A DNA stretch of 64,000 nt from an uncultured bacterium (GTDB lineage: Bacteria > Babelota > Babeliae > Babelales > Vermiphilaceae). Position numbers and translations under genes: made by a program. Below are positions 49,187 through 58,993 of the stretch, one piece after another (the first letter of the stretch is position 1; each line of letters starts with the position of its first letter). The stretch covers positions 224,001 to 288,000 of the forward strand of contig OY968764.1 in NCBI GenBank assembly GCA_963695335.1, in the 5' to 3' direction. Under the pieces are notes generated by a model. That model saw only the letters and a program-made list of their open reading frames with translations, searched no databases and had not been told where the DNA came from.

Positions 49187-50668
49187 TTAATCTTTTTTAG
49201 ACAAAAACCTATTCGATGGCACGCCTCTATGAACATGTATCGGCACCAACGTACGCACATATTCATTACGGTTTTTGCACAAATATGATTGCCCAATAGC
49301 ATCACATGCAAAACCAAGATATTTCAGCACTTCTGGATTTACAACATTACGTGCATCAACAATAATTGGGTAATGCATCACTTTTTTTAAACGTGCAAAA
49401 TCAATCTGTCTAATTTCATCCCAATCAGTCATAATAATAACCGCATCTACATCCATTGCTGCTTTGTAAGGAGAAGATGCGTACTCAATATCAGGAAATA
49501 TCATACGCATATTGTCTGTTGCAACGGGATCATACGCCACAACGTTTGCACCGAGCTCTTGTAACAGTTCAATTGTTCTAATAGAAGGAGAATAACGAAC
49601 ATCGTCCGTGCCTGCTTTAAATGCTAATCCAAGTACAGCAACTGTTTTGCCTTCTAGATCTTCTTGTAATTCTCTTGCCATAAGATTTTCTAATTTTTCA
49701 ACAGCTTTACCTTGTTGCTTTTCATTAACATCAAGAGCTGCTTTAACCGTATAAAATGGTAAATGGTGTTTTCCTGCAATATGCACTATTGCTTGAGAAT
49801 CTTTTGGAAAACAAGAGCCACCAAAACCAGGCCCTGGATTTAAGAATGCGGGACTTATACGGTGATCAAGCCCCATAGCATATGCAACTGTTTTAACATC
49901 AGCATCTGTTGCATCACATAAATTAGCAATTTCATTAATATAACTAATTTTTACTGATAAAAAGGCATTGGATGCATATTTAGTCATTTCCGCAGTTTGC
50001 ACATTAGTTAAAACATACGGAACACCACTTGCAATGAGTGATTCATACACTTCACACAAGGCAATAAGTGCTATATCAGAATCAGTTCCAATCACTAAGC
50101 GATCTGGATACAAAAAATCTCTTACTGCAAGGCCTTCACGCAAAAATTCAGGATTAGACACAACGCTAAACATCTGTGGATCTATACCATATGTATTTTC
50201 TAATTGAGCTCGTATACCTTTGCCAGTTCCAACCGGAACGGTGCTTTTGGTAACAATAATTTTGTAAGAATTCATATTTTCTGCAATCATTCTTACAACA
50301 CCATCTACATATGATAAATTTGCGCTCCCATCTGCTCCCATAGGAGTTCCAACAGCAATAAAAATAATGTCACCAAGTGCTATAGCTTCAGCAACATTAT
50401 CAGTAAACATCAATCGCCCTGCATCAACATTGCGTTCAACCACTTCACTTAAGCCCGCCTCATAAATTGGCATAATTCCATTGTTTAACATCTCTATTTT
50501 CCGCGAATCAATATCAGCACAGATCACTGAATTGCCAATTTCTGCAAGACAAGCACCAGAAACAAGACCTACATATCCTGTACCAATAATGGTAACAATT
50601 CTATCACTCTGAGCTTGCAAAAACATTGATACACACAAAATTTGCGCCATAACAATTTTACGCAACAT
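49187..50668 (-). CDS. ugd: UDP-glucose 6-dehydrogenase with signal-peptide-like N-terminal extension
   Basis: IIGTGYVGL, AVGTP, KSTVPVGT, NPEFLREG, GFGGSCFPKD; AAGGAG RBS before MLRKIVMAQILCVSMFLQA. Confidence 0.93.
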   Translation of the reverse strand: MLRKIVMAQILCVSMFLQAQSDRIVTIIGTGYVGLVSGACLAEIGNSVICADIDSRKIEMLNNGIMPIYEAGLSEVVERNVDAGRLMFTDNVAEAIALGDIIFIAVGTPMGADGSANLSYVDGVVRMIAENMNSYKIIVTKSTVPVGTGKGIRAQLENTYGIDPQMFSVVSNPEFLREGLAVRDFLYPDRLVIGTDSDIALIALCEVYESLIASGVPYVLTNVQTAEMTKYASNAFLSVKISYINEIANLCDATDADVKTVAYAMGLDHRISPAFLNPGPGFGGSCFPKDSQAIVHIAGKHHLPFYTVKAALDVNEKQQGKAVEKLENLMARELQEDLEGKTVAVLGLAFKAGTDDVRYSPSIRTIELLQELGANVVAYDPVATDNMRMIFPDIEYASSPYKAAMDVDAVIIMTDWDEIRQIDFARLKKVMHYPIIVDARNVVNPEVLKYLGFACDAIGQSYLCKNRNEYVRTLVPIHVHRGVPSNRFLSKKD

Positions 50669-50832
50669 AACAATCTCCTTTTTTAAATAAACTTTCATAC
50701 AAAACATAGAATATTTTTTCCATCGTTGTATAGATTTGTTTCATAAGATCAGCAACTATTGGGTTTTTTGATAAAATTTGCTACGGTGTTGTGTAATCGT
50801 CAGCAATGTCGTTTTTAAAAAAGGAAATGATA

Positions 50833-52356
50833 ATGAATTATATTAAAATAATAACAGTATTGCTCTTGTGTCTTAGTCACAATATCTTCTCATCAACCTC
50901 TCCAGAAAGAAAATCAACTGAACTCCCATTTGTTATTGTCGTCTGTTCTTATAATAATGATCAATGGTCAGAAACCACACTTACATCACTTTTCACTCAA
51001 AATTATACAAATTTTCGTGTTATCATTGTTGATGACTGTTCATCAGATAATAATTGTGAAGTAATCGAACAATGCATCGATAAACATAATTTTAGTGATC
51101 GAGTTACTTTTATCAAAAATGAACAACGTCATCGGAAGTTGTTTAATTTGTATCGCGTACTTTATGAATGTAACGATAATGAAATTGTTTTAATGGTGGA
51201 TGGCGATGATTGGCTCATCGATGAAAATGTACTTTCATTTTTCAACAACATTTATGCTGATGACGGTATATGGTTTACCTATGGACAATATCGCAATGTC
51301 CCAGCTTCTCAAGCTATCCAATGGGGACACAAAGAGATGGGATATTGTCGACCTGTTCCCAAACATGTTCAACGTCAACAAGCCTACCGTTACTACAGCT
51401 TTATTTATATGCATCCACGTACCTTCCGTGCATGGTTATTCAAACTCGTGAAACTAGAAGATCTTATCGCAGATAAAATTGAAGGTTTTGAGGGGAATTT
51501 TTATCCTGCAAGCAATGATGTTGCTATGTATTTTCCCATGGTAGAAATGGCCCATACGCATATTAAATTTATCCCCGATATTCTGTATATCAGAAATCTT
51601 TACTCAGAAATTGTTGGTTTTAAAGTTGATCGTCGTCTGCAAACAACTTCTGCCCGTGAAATCAGGAAAAAAAAATGTTACCAAGTACTCTTCCAGGCTA
51701 AAAAAAACAGACTCAATTCCGTACAAAAAGCTCTCACTGACACCTTTTTACTGTGTCGTTATAATTTAACAGATATTCAAACCACGCTCACAAATCTCCA
51801 GAATAATACTACCAATCTTGGATCAATCTATGTTTTCTTCCATAACACAGAAGATAATAAAAAAATATGCCGCTTTATTAAAAAAGATTTCCCTGACGTA
51901 ATTTTTGTTCCTTATGACACAAATGGTAATAAAGCGTTAAAAAATCGACTTTTAGACTATATAAGCTTATGCAAAAATGATCATATTCTTGTGCTGACCG
52001 ACTCATGTTCTATTTTAAAACCATTAGATCTTTCTTATTACATCTTTTGGCTTGAAAAAACATATGCGTATCGTTTTTACCTGGGCAGATCTTCACTTGA
52101 TAAGGCAGCTCCATTCTACATCACTCTCAATGATGATATATGCGCATGGAAAAACCCTCCCGGCACAGACACCTGGAAGGGTTTATCAATAGGCGATGAT
52201 GCATTTATTTGTCGCAAAACAACGCTTTATAAAGAAATTAAGGATTTAAATTTCAACAATACATACGGACTTTTAAAAGGAATGATGCTTTCATCATCAC
52301 AATCAGCACGTGTTGGTTTATTTTTAAAGAATGAAACAATTAAGATTGGTGCTTAG
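50833..52356 (+). CDS. GT2 glycosyltransferase with signal peptide and a second degenerate GT-like domain
   Basis: FVIVVCSYN, IIVDDCSSD, VDGDDW. Confidence 0.85.
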   Translation: MNYIKIITVLLLCLSHNIFSSTSPERKSTELPFVIVVCSYNNDQWSETTLTSLFTQNYTNFRVIIVDDCSSDNNCEVIEQCIDKHNFSDRVTFIKNEQRHRKLFNLYRVLYECNDNEIVLMVDGDDWLIDENVLSFFNNIYADDGIWFTYGQYRNVPASQAIQWGHKEMGYCRPVPKHVQRQQAYRYYSFIYMHPRTFRAWLFKLVKLEDLIADKIEGFEGNFYPASNDVAMYFPMVEMAHTHIKFIPDILYIRNLYSEIVGFKVDRRLQTTSAREIRKKKCYQVLFQAKKNRLNSVQKALTDTFLLCRYNLTDIQTTLTNLQNNTTNLGSIYVFFHNTEDNKKICRFIKKDFPDVIFVPYDTNGNKALKNRLLDYISLCKNDHILVLTDSCSILKPLDLSYYIFWLEKTYAYRFYLGRSSLDKAAPFYITLNDDICAWKNPPGTDTWKGLSIGDDAFICRKTTLYKEIKDLNFNNTYGLLKGMMLSSSQSARVGLFLKNETIKIGA

Positions 52357-53095
52357 ACGAATTTTTTCTTTTACGCACCACTTTACGCACATATACAAGC
52401 TGAGCTATTTTATTCTTTATGCCTTTTGTCCAATTAGCATGATGCATCATAATGCCATGCGGCACTGGTAAGCGCATTCCTGGAGACCACTCATGACCTG
52501 TTAGAGTACCTCCTCCAAAAAATGTATTTGGTAAATAGCCCCACACTACGTTATAGGGATTTGTTTTGCTATGTCTTTTTATGCAACGATTTAATGAATT
52601 TTGATCACTATTTAATTTATCTTTTTGCATTGTTAATTTTACATCTTGCCACAATTGCAACGTTTTTTCATTCGCTCGGCATGCAAAAAAACCTGAACAA
52701 AGTACTCCATTTGGTGAATTTTTTTGAATCATCAAATCTTTATTTTTCATCAATTTTAAAATTGTCGCTTTAATTGGAGAAAAAAATTGAATATCAACAT
52801 CTGAAAAAATAAAAATTGAACCCCAGTTTTCCTGAATTGCACGAATAATCAAATCTACTTTGCGTATGGTTGTATCTGTCCAACCTTCATCCATAAATTT
52901 TGCCGATAGACATGTTTGTTCAGAAAATTCAAAAATAATATCAAAATCATCTTTAATAGAAGGTAAAAAGAATTGATCTTTTAACTGCTCATGAGATGGA
53001 GTATACAAAGCATATAGTTTCATTTTTTCTTGAGCTACTATATGCAAAAAACAAAAAACAAAAATAAAATTACATATCATTAAACATTTTTTCAT
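52340..53095 (-). CDS. Nucleotide-diphospho-sugar transferase (GT77-like) with signal peptide
   Basis: FIFSDVDI, CSGFF, DQNSLN, HHANW..G..NK. Confidence 0.75.
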   Translation of the reverse strand: MKKCLMICNFIFVFCFLHIVAQEKMKLYALYTPSHEQLKDQFFLPSIKDDFDIIFEFSEQTCLSAKFMDEGWTDTTIRKVDLIIRAIQENWGSIFIFSDVDIQFFSPIKATILKLMKNKDLMIQKNSPNGVLCSGFFACRANEKTLQLWQDVKLTMQKDKLNSDQNSLNRCIKRHSKTNPYNVVWGYLPNTFFGGGTLTGHEWSPGMRLPVPHGIMMHHANWTKGIKNKIAQLVYVRKVVRKRKNSSKHQS

Positions 53096-53161
53096 TACAA
53101 CTCCTTTTTAAATAACTGTACTTTGTATTATGCTTACCACAGTTATAAAAAAAGGACACTC

Positions 53162-54091
53162 ATGAAAAATTTTTTTTTTACATTAACACTCTTTTCAATA
53201 ACGGTTTTGCATACTGCAAAGCCCACAACCAGCGCAATAACCTGGGAACCAAATGGAGGTAGATTTGGTGACAATCTCCTTTCTTATTCGCGTGCAAAGT
53301 GGCTTTCTTACAAATTCAATATCCCTGTTCTTTATCTGCCATTCAAATACTCTGATGAACTCATGATGTATGAACAAGAAGCTATGTATACACAAGAATT
53401 GGCACAACAATTTGCATATATTATCAGAATTCCAAGTCTAAAAAGATATCAGCTCCTACCAGACAACAACACTTTGTACATTAGCCATTGGTATGCAGAT
53501 GTAACCATTGATTGGTTTGATATTCCTTTTATAGAAGATCTCAAAGCAAATATTTATCCTCGTAATCCAATTGAAAAAGTGTCCATTCCTGAAAATTGTG
53601 TATCTATAGCTGCTCATGTCAGAAATGGTGGCGCATTTGCCGCTGACACACAACAAGAAAAAGATCGTTGCCCATTACGATTTGTTCCCGATGAGTTTTT
53701 TATTGATCAAATAGCTCGTATTGCCGGCATGTTCCCTGAACAAAACTTGTATGTATATATCTTTACCGATCATCAAGAACCTGCTTTATTAAAAAAAAAA
53801 TTTAAAAAGGCACTCAATAATCCACGCATTACTTTTGACTATAGAAAACAAGACAATGCTCACAATGCCAACGTTTTAGAAGACTTTTTTTCTATGATGG
53901 ATTTTGATTGTCTGATTCGTCCTGGATCACATTTTTCACGTTTTGTGCAACGTCTCGGTCGCAATAAGCTCGTTATTTATCCAGAAAGTGTTAAAAAAAT
54001 TGACGGAAAGCCTGTTATAAATGTAATTAATATAAAAAAGCGCAATAATCCCGGAGAGCGCTGGAAAACAAAAAAAGTAACTATTTTATAA
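53162..54091 (+). CDS. GT11-like (alpha-1,2-fucosyltransferase-like) protein with signal peptide
   Basis: GGRFGDNL, AHVRNG, IFTD, EDF..M, SHFS. Confidence 0.7.
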   Translation: MKNFFFTLTLFSITVLHTAKPTTSAITWEPNGGRFGDNLLSYSRAKWLSYKFNIPVLYLPFKYSDELMMYEQEAMYTQELAQQFAYIIRIPSLKRYQLLPDNNTLYISHWYADVTIDWFDIPFIEDLKANIYPRNPIEKVSIPENCVSIAAHVRNGGAFAADTQQEKDRCPLRFVPDEFFIDQIARIAGMFPEQNLYVYIFTDHQEPALLKKKFKKALNNPRITFDYRKQDNAHNANVLEDFFSMMDFDCLIRPGSHFSRFVQRLGRNKLVIYPESVKKIDGKPVINVINIKKRNNPGERWKTKKVTIL

Positions 54092-54772
54092 CTTCTGCAC
54101 TTCAATATTCCTTATACCATCATCACCTTGCACAATCTCAAAATAGTAGCCTGGTGCATATGTCATTACAAGCTCTTTATCATGAGATATAATCAATACA
54201 GTTATATTAAGCTCCTGAGCAAGCTTTTGGATACATTGCATTACTATATGCGCATTTTTTGGATCAAGTGCAGCTGTTGGTTCATCAAGCAAAAGTAACT
54301 TTGTGGGTTTTTGCGATGCCATAACAATAGCCAAAATCTGTTTTTGACCACCTGACAGTTCATCAATTGTTTTATTACTGTCAATGCTAAAATCTTTTAA
54401 TACAGAAAGATTTTGCGCTTCAGGTAAATCTTGCAAACCTGGATGCCGTAGCAAGTTAACACATTGCATATTCTGTAACACAGAAAATTGTGGCGCTATC
54501 ATTTCATTAATATCTTGCACTACTATGGTAACATCCTGATCTTTCATTTTTTGCCCATCAATCATAAAATCACCAGTTAATCGAGCATTGTGAGGAATAG
54601 CCCCTTGCAAAATATTAAAAAAAGTTGATTTACCCGAGCCATTTTTTCCCTGTAAAAAGTTAAGTTTACCAGGCAAACAATGTAATGAGACATCTTTAAA
54701 AAATAAGTTCTGTTGTGGAGAGAAAGCAAAACTCATATGTTGAACACGCAAACCTTTTATTGTTTCTGACAT
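54086..54772 (-). CDS. ABC transporter ATPase
   Basis: GKNGSGKST, LSGGQ, LLLLDEPTAALD, ISH. Confidence 0.92.
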   Translation of the reverse strand: MSETIKGLRVQHMSFAFSPQQNLFFKDVSLHCLPGKLNFLQGKNGSGKSTFFNILQGAIPHNARLTGDFMIDGQKMKDQDVTIVVQDINEMIAPQFSVLQNMQCVNLLRHPGLQDLPEAQNLSVLKDFSIDSNKTIDELSGGQKQILAIVMASQKPTKLLLLDEPTAALDPKNAHIVMQCIQKLAQELNITVLIISHDKELVMTYAPGYYFEIVQGDDGIRNIEVQKL

Positions 54773-54774
54773 AG

Positions 54775-55662
54775 TTATACCCCCAAATGATCAATATGTT
54801 TTTTAGTTTGTTTGCGGTATGTCAACACCAAAATACATAACGTCACAAGCGCTTGTACGGTTGTAAAATATTTTAAATTAAACCCAACTTTTAAAAGTAA
54901 TTGCTGTAATGCAAAATATGCACAACAACCAACTAAAGGCATTGCTATAACAATAGGATGTTTTGATCGCACAATAACTTTTCCAAGAATAAGAGATGTA
55001 ATACATAAAAGCGCTTTTCCAAAACCCATGGTGATATCAGCAAAACCATTCGATTGCGCAAATAAATAACCACTTAACCCTGCAAGTGCATTACTCAACA
55101 CAACTCCTGTAATAAAAACATAGGGAACAGAAATACCATAATGTCTTAAAAAATGAGAATTGTTACCATACAAAGCAAATGCATAACCAAGTTGTTTTTT
55201 GAATAGTATATATAGCCCAACACTAACAATAATTGCAATAAACATGAGCGTCACCATTTCTGGATGACGCTCTATTACATTATATATCAAAGGATTTTGA
55301 TATACACTTAATGATATGTAACTACCTGCTATTAATTGATTAACACCATAAAAAACACCAAACGTAATAATGCTCGAAAGTAAATGTGGCAACCCTGCAT
55401 ATTGCGTTAACATACTTGATGTAATTCCCACTATTGCACCGCCAAACAAACTTGCAATAACAACAATTGGTAACTGCATACTCACCGGTAATGCATCAGT
55501 GCATGCAATAGCATACGCACCTATAATTGCACCAGAAACATACGCACTTTCTATACTCAAATCAGGTAATTTCATTAATGAAATAGTGATATATGCTCCA
55601 AGAAGTAAAGGCACATGCATTAAACATTGTTCCATTACAATCAATAACATATCTACATTCAT
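54775..55662 (-). CDS. ABC transporter permease (TrpY-like)
   Basis: PDLSIESAY..G, LLSSI, SNALAGLSG.L.AQ..GFAD..MG.G. Confidence 0.85.
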   Translation of the reverse strand: MNVDMLLIVMEQCLMHVPLLLGAYITISLMKLPDLSIESAYVSGAIIGAYAIACTDALPVSMQLPIVVIASLFGGAIVGITSSMLTQYAGLPHLLSSIITFGVFYGVNQLIAGSYISLSVYQNPLIYNVIERHPEMVTLMFIAIIVSVGLYILFKKQLGYAFALYGNNSHFLRHYGISVPYVFITGVVLSNALAGLSGYLFAQSNGFADITMGFGKALLCITSLILGKVIVRSKHPIVIAMPLVGCCAYFALQQLLLKVGFNLKYFTTVQALVTLCILVLTYRKQTKKHIDHLGV

Positions 55663-56660
55663 ATAATAATAACTCCCTCTTTTTGCAATTGAGCTAATCT
55701 TTCTTTACTCAGATGTAAACCTTGTTGCTCCATCGTTTTTGTATTTATCTTCAGATATAGCTTTTCTAACGGAAGTACGGCAATAGAAGCTGGTGATTCT
55801 TTATCCTCAAGAATACGATGGGCTAACTGAGCACCCAAAACACCATAATCAGCTTGCTGTACTCCAAATGATAATGCTGCTCCTTTATCTCCTGAATTAA
55901 GCTCAGATGTAAATAGTGTCACTCCATAACGCCCACATAATAAAATTAAACTATCAACACCCGCAACCGTTGTATGATCTGTTAAAATCATTAATACATC
56001 AACATCAGTTAAAAAGTGTGGCACTTTTTGCGCTATTTCATTTTGATGCGCAACAGTAACGATACGTAAGCTAATATTTTTTTCTTTCAAAATTTTCTCA
56101 AGTTTTCCAGATTTTTTCTCCAAATGTCCTTGCGCAGGATTATATACTAACAATACTGTTTTTATATTCGGTTTTATATGTAAAAGAGCATGTATTTGTT
56201 GCTCATAATCATCTTCATCATTAGTACCTGTTACCATACCTCCTGGATGAGCAAGTGACGCAATAATCCCCATCGCCACAGGATTATCAACCGCAGTAAA
56301 AACTTGTGGCGTTTTTGATTGTCTTTTTTGAGACAGTTCAAAAATAGATTGCGAACATTGTGCACCAATAGTAAATACTAAATCATAATTATGTTGCACT
56401 ATTTCATCCGCTTGCGCACGGAGTAACGTGGCATTACCATTGGCATTATATTCATCAAATGAATATTTTTTATCACTCCCACTATGTATAGTGTCTTTAA
56501 ATCCATTCATAATATCTGTCATTGATGGATGCACCGCTGGTGCAAATAAAGCAATGCGATAATCACTCAATGCTGAACGGTTTCGTTGCAATACAATTTC
56601 TGCACCTATCAACACAACTAAACATACAGCAACAGCAATACATATCTGTTTTTTATTCAT
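55659..56660 (-). CDS. ABC substrate-binding protein (ABC_sub_bind / TrpX-like, aromatic amino acids)
   Basis: HPSM, NANG, PQVFTAVDNPV..G, PGG.VTG, YNP, TDHT. Confidence 0.82.
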   Translation of the reverse strand: MNKKQICIAVAVCLVVLIGAEIVLQRNRSALSDYRIALFAPAVHPSMTDIMNGFKDTIHSGSDKKYSFDEYNANGNATLLRAQADEIVQHNYDLVFTIGAQCSQSIFELSQKRQSKTPQVFTAVDNPVAMGIIASLAHPGGMVTGTNDEDDYEQQIHALLHIKPNIKTVLLVYNPAQGHLEKKSGKLEKILKEKNISLRIVTVAHQNEIAQKVPHFLTDVDVLMILTDHTTVAGVDSLILLCGRYGVTLFTSELNSGDKGAALSFGVQQADYGVLGAQLAHRILEDKESPASIAVLPLEKLYLKINTKTMEQQGLHLSKERLAQLQKEGVIII

Positions 56661-57876
56661 AATATTCCCTTGAATACATAGTTACACAAAAATTTTTCAA
56701 AAAATTGACCATAATGTTTTTTCCTTGAATTAAATCAACAATTGGCAAAGATTCATTAGTTTCATGAAGAGCGCTTTGAGTAGTAAACGGAGTAAAACCA
56801 ACTCCATCCAAACCTAACGCTCTGTAGTATCTTAAATCAGTTGATCCTTCAAAAAAGAGTGGTTGCGGCTGCATACCATAGTTATGCACTGTTTGTGCAA
56901 GCACATTATACAATGGTGTACAATAATCATCACCCATTTCATAATCAGGCACAGTAGCATGAATTATATAGCTACTATTTGTATACCCACGCAGTATATC
57001 TTCAATAAAATGTATTATTTTATTCATCTTCATTGTTGGAGGAACACGTATATCAATAGTAGCCGACGCCTTTTCTGGCACTATATTTAATGATGTTTTG
57101 TTATTACTAATCACACCTGCTGTTACTGATGTAATATTCATAGAAAGTAACAAACCATCAGCCTGAGTAATACTTTTTTGCTGTTGCATAGCGTGATGCT
57201 TTACCAATGTATGCAAAATAGTTGTTAACTCGTGAATTGCATTAAAGCAGTTAAGTTTAGAGCCATGAGCAAGAGATCCCTTTGTTATAATCTCTATCTG
57301 TATTGGCTTACGTTCAGAAACTTTAATTGCAATGGTATTTGATTGCCCTGAAGAAACTCCTTCATCAAGGACAAATTGCGCATTCATATGTGCAAAACAA
57401 TCTGTTTGTATAAACTGCCGTGTCCCAGTAAATCCACCAACCTCTTCATCAGGCACTACGACAAAATGAATTGTATGTCGTGGCTGCACACCAGCATCTT
57501 TAAGCGCTTTTAATGCAAAATAGCATGCAACTCCTACCCCTTTCATATCTTGCACACCACGACCAATAATAACATCATCAACTATAGCGCCTTCAAAAGG
57601 ACCCGCTAACCATTCCTTTTCATTTAATGCAGGAACAACATCCATATGATGATTAAGTATCAATGATGGTAATAAAAGATCTTTTCCCTCATACGTAACA
57701 ACAATAACCGGATGACCAGAAGGAAGCATAACTTTTTGATATTTAAAACCATCTTGTTCCGCTTGCACCTGAAAGAGTGAGCAAACAGATTCATAATCAG
57801 GATTTGGTTGAGCAGTATTAATCCTCAAATATCGCTGTAAAAATGAAATCATATCCCTTTCCATATGATTTTTCAT
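56653..57876 (-). CDS. M20 aminoacylase, eukaryotic ACY1-like
   Basis: YLRINT.QPNPDY, LNHHMDVVP, GRGVQDMK, VPDEEVGG, LDEG, GSTD.RY.R, LH..NE. Confidence 0.85.
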   Translation of the reverse strand: MKNHMERDMISFLQRYLRINTAQPNPDYESVCSLFQVQAEQDGFKYQKVMLPSGHPVIVVTYEGKDLLLPSLILNHHMDVVPALNEKEWLAGPFEGAIVDDVIIGRGVQDMKGVGVACYFALKALKDAGVQPRHTIHFVVVPDEEVGGFTGTRQFIQTDCFAHMNAQFVLDEGVSSGQSNTIAIKVSERKPIQIEIITKGSLAHGSKLNCFNAIHELTTILHTLVKHHAMQQQKSITQADGLLLSMNITSVTAGVISNNKTSLNIVPEKASATIDIRVPPTMKMNKIIHFIEDILRGYTNSSYIIHATVPDYEMGDDYCTPLYNVLAQTVHNYGMQPQPLFFEGSTDLRYYRALGLDGVGFTPFTTQSALHETNESLPIVDLIQGKNIMVNFLKNFCVTMYSREYYE

Positions 57877-58661
57877 TTCTTAATGAATGAAAACAGTAAC
57901 ACATTACCGTATCCTGGAATTGATTGATCATCTGGTAATGGCTTACATTCACTGTCTTCTGGATCAAAAGTAGGCATAAATGCTTGATAACGACTGTGAT
58001 ACAGATCAATGTCTTCGTTACAGTTACATTCAATAGCAACTTGTTGGGCAAACGCTCTAAACGCGCGTATAATTGATGGAGTTCGATCTATTCCATCAGA
58101 TGTTTCACCTGAATTTGCTTTGGTAAGTCCGTACAATAGTACAATGTTGTGCGCCTTTTTAGTTTGCACAGCTTTTATAACATCATCTTTTATGTCTTCA
58201 AGTGTATGTCGAATAAGACGAGAATTTATCCCCTGATGCCGATAATGTGGGACTGTATAATCACCACCAAAATAGATACTGACACTATCCTTAAAAGTAA
58301 ACGATGGCATCATACTATTTTTATCATGACAACGTATTTCATTCTGAGTAATATCATCGTATTCATTTTCATCATTAATAATGAAAAGCTTTTTAAAAGC
58401 AATTATTCCATCCGATCCTTCTTTTGTAACACAATACAATCTGTTTTTAACAATATCACCCTCAAGAGCTCCTTGTCTAAACTTTTTAGGCAAAATAACT
58501 ATTTTGGTACTATCATTGATAGCCTGCTCATCAATCACCTTCAGCAAAGAGTTGACATCAGATTGAGTAGCTTTTTTATATATCAAAGCTGGTTCCATAG
58601 CAACAGTTGTGATACATACTAAGGGTAAAAAACAATTGATTACATACGTAATTAATTTCAT
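57873..58661 (-). CDS. GNAT-fold acetyltransferase with signal peptide
   Basis: Motif A YTVPHYRHQGINSRLI; signal ..TTVA|MEP; AAGGA RBS. Confidence 0.7.
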   Translation of the reverse strand: MKLITYVINCFLPLVCITTVAMEPALIYKKATQSDVNSLLKVIDEQAINDSTKIVILPKKFRQGALEGDIVKNRLYCVTKEGSDGIIAFKKLFIINDENEYDDITQNEIRCHDKNSMMPSFTFKDSVSIYFGGDYTVPHYRHQGINSRLIRHTLEDIKDDVIKAVQTKKAHNIVLLYGLTKANSGETSDGIDRTPSIIRAFRAFAQQVAIECNCNEDIDLYHSRYQAFMPTFDPEDSECKPLPDDQSIPGYGNVLLFSFIKK

Positions 58662-58778
58662 ATAAAATCCTTGTAAAAAAATTAAATTAAACACATTGCC
58701 AATAGCAAGAGACCATCGGCATATCTTGAAATTATTAAATGGAAATAGAGAGAAAATGTAATTAAAGGAAAAAAAAGA

Positions 58779-58838
58779 TTAGCGCCACCAGCGCCAAGAA
58801 AGAAGAAGAGTTTGCGTGCAAGATTTTGTTTGAATCAT
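58779..58838 (-). promoter_or_regulatory. Trp-rich leader peptide / attenuator (MIQTKSCTQTLLLSWRWWR*)
   Basis: 3 TGG among the last 5 codons; hairpin TTGGCGC-TGGTG-GCGCTAA followed by TCTTTTTTTT; in-frame ATGs extend up to 58898. Confidence 0.72.
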
Positions 58839-58935
58839 ACAGTTCAATGACATGCTTTGTGCAGTAGTCATAGAAAAAGAAATCATATGAAATCCCATAA
58901 TTAAGGGGGTTGAACAAAATACCTTACTAATAATA

Positions 58936-58964
58936 ACAATACTGTAGGTTATTCACCTTGTCAA
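58936..58964 (-). promoter_or_regulatory. Sigma70-type promoter for leader and operon
   Basis: TTGACA-17 nt-TATTGT. Confidence 0.65.
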
Positions 58965-58993
58965 TAAACAAGTCATATAATCCAGTATAAACA

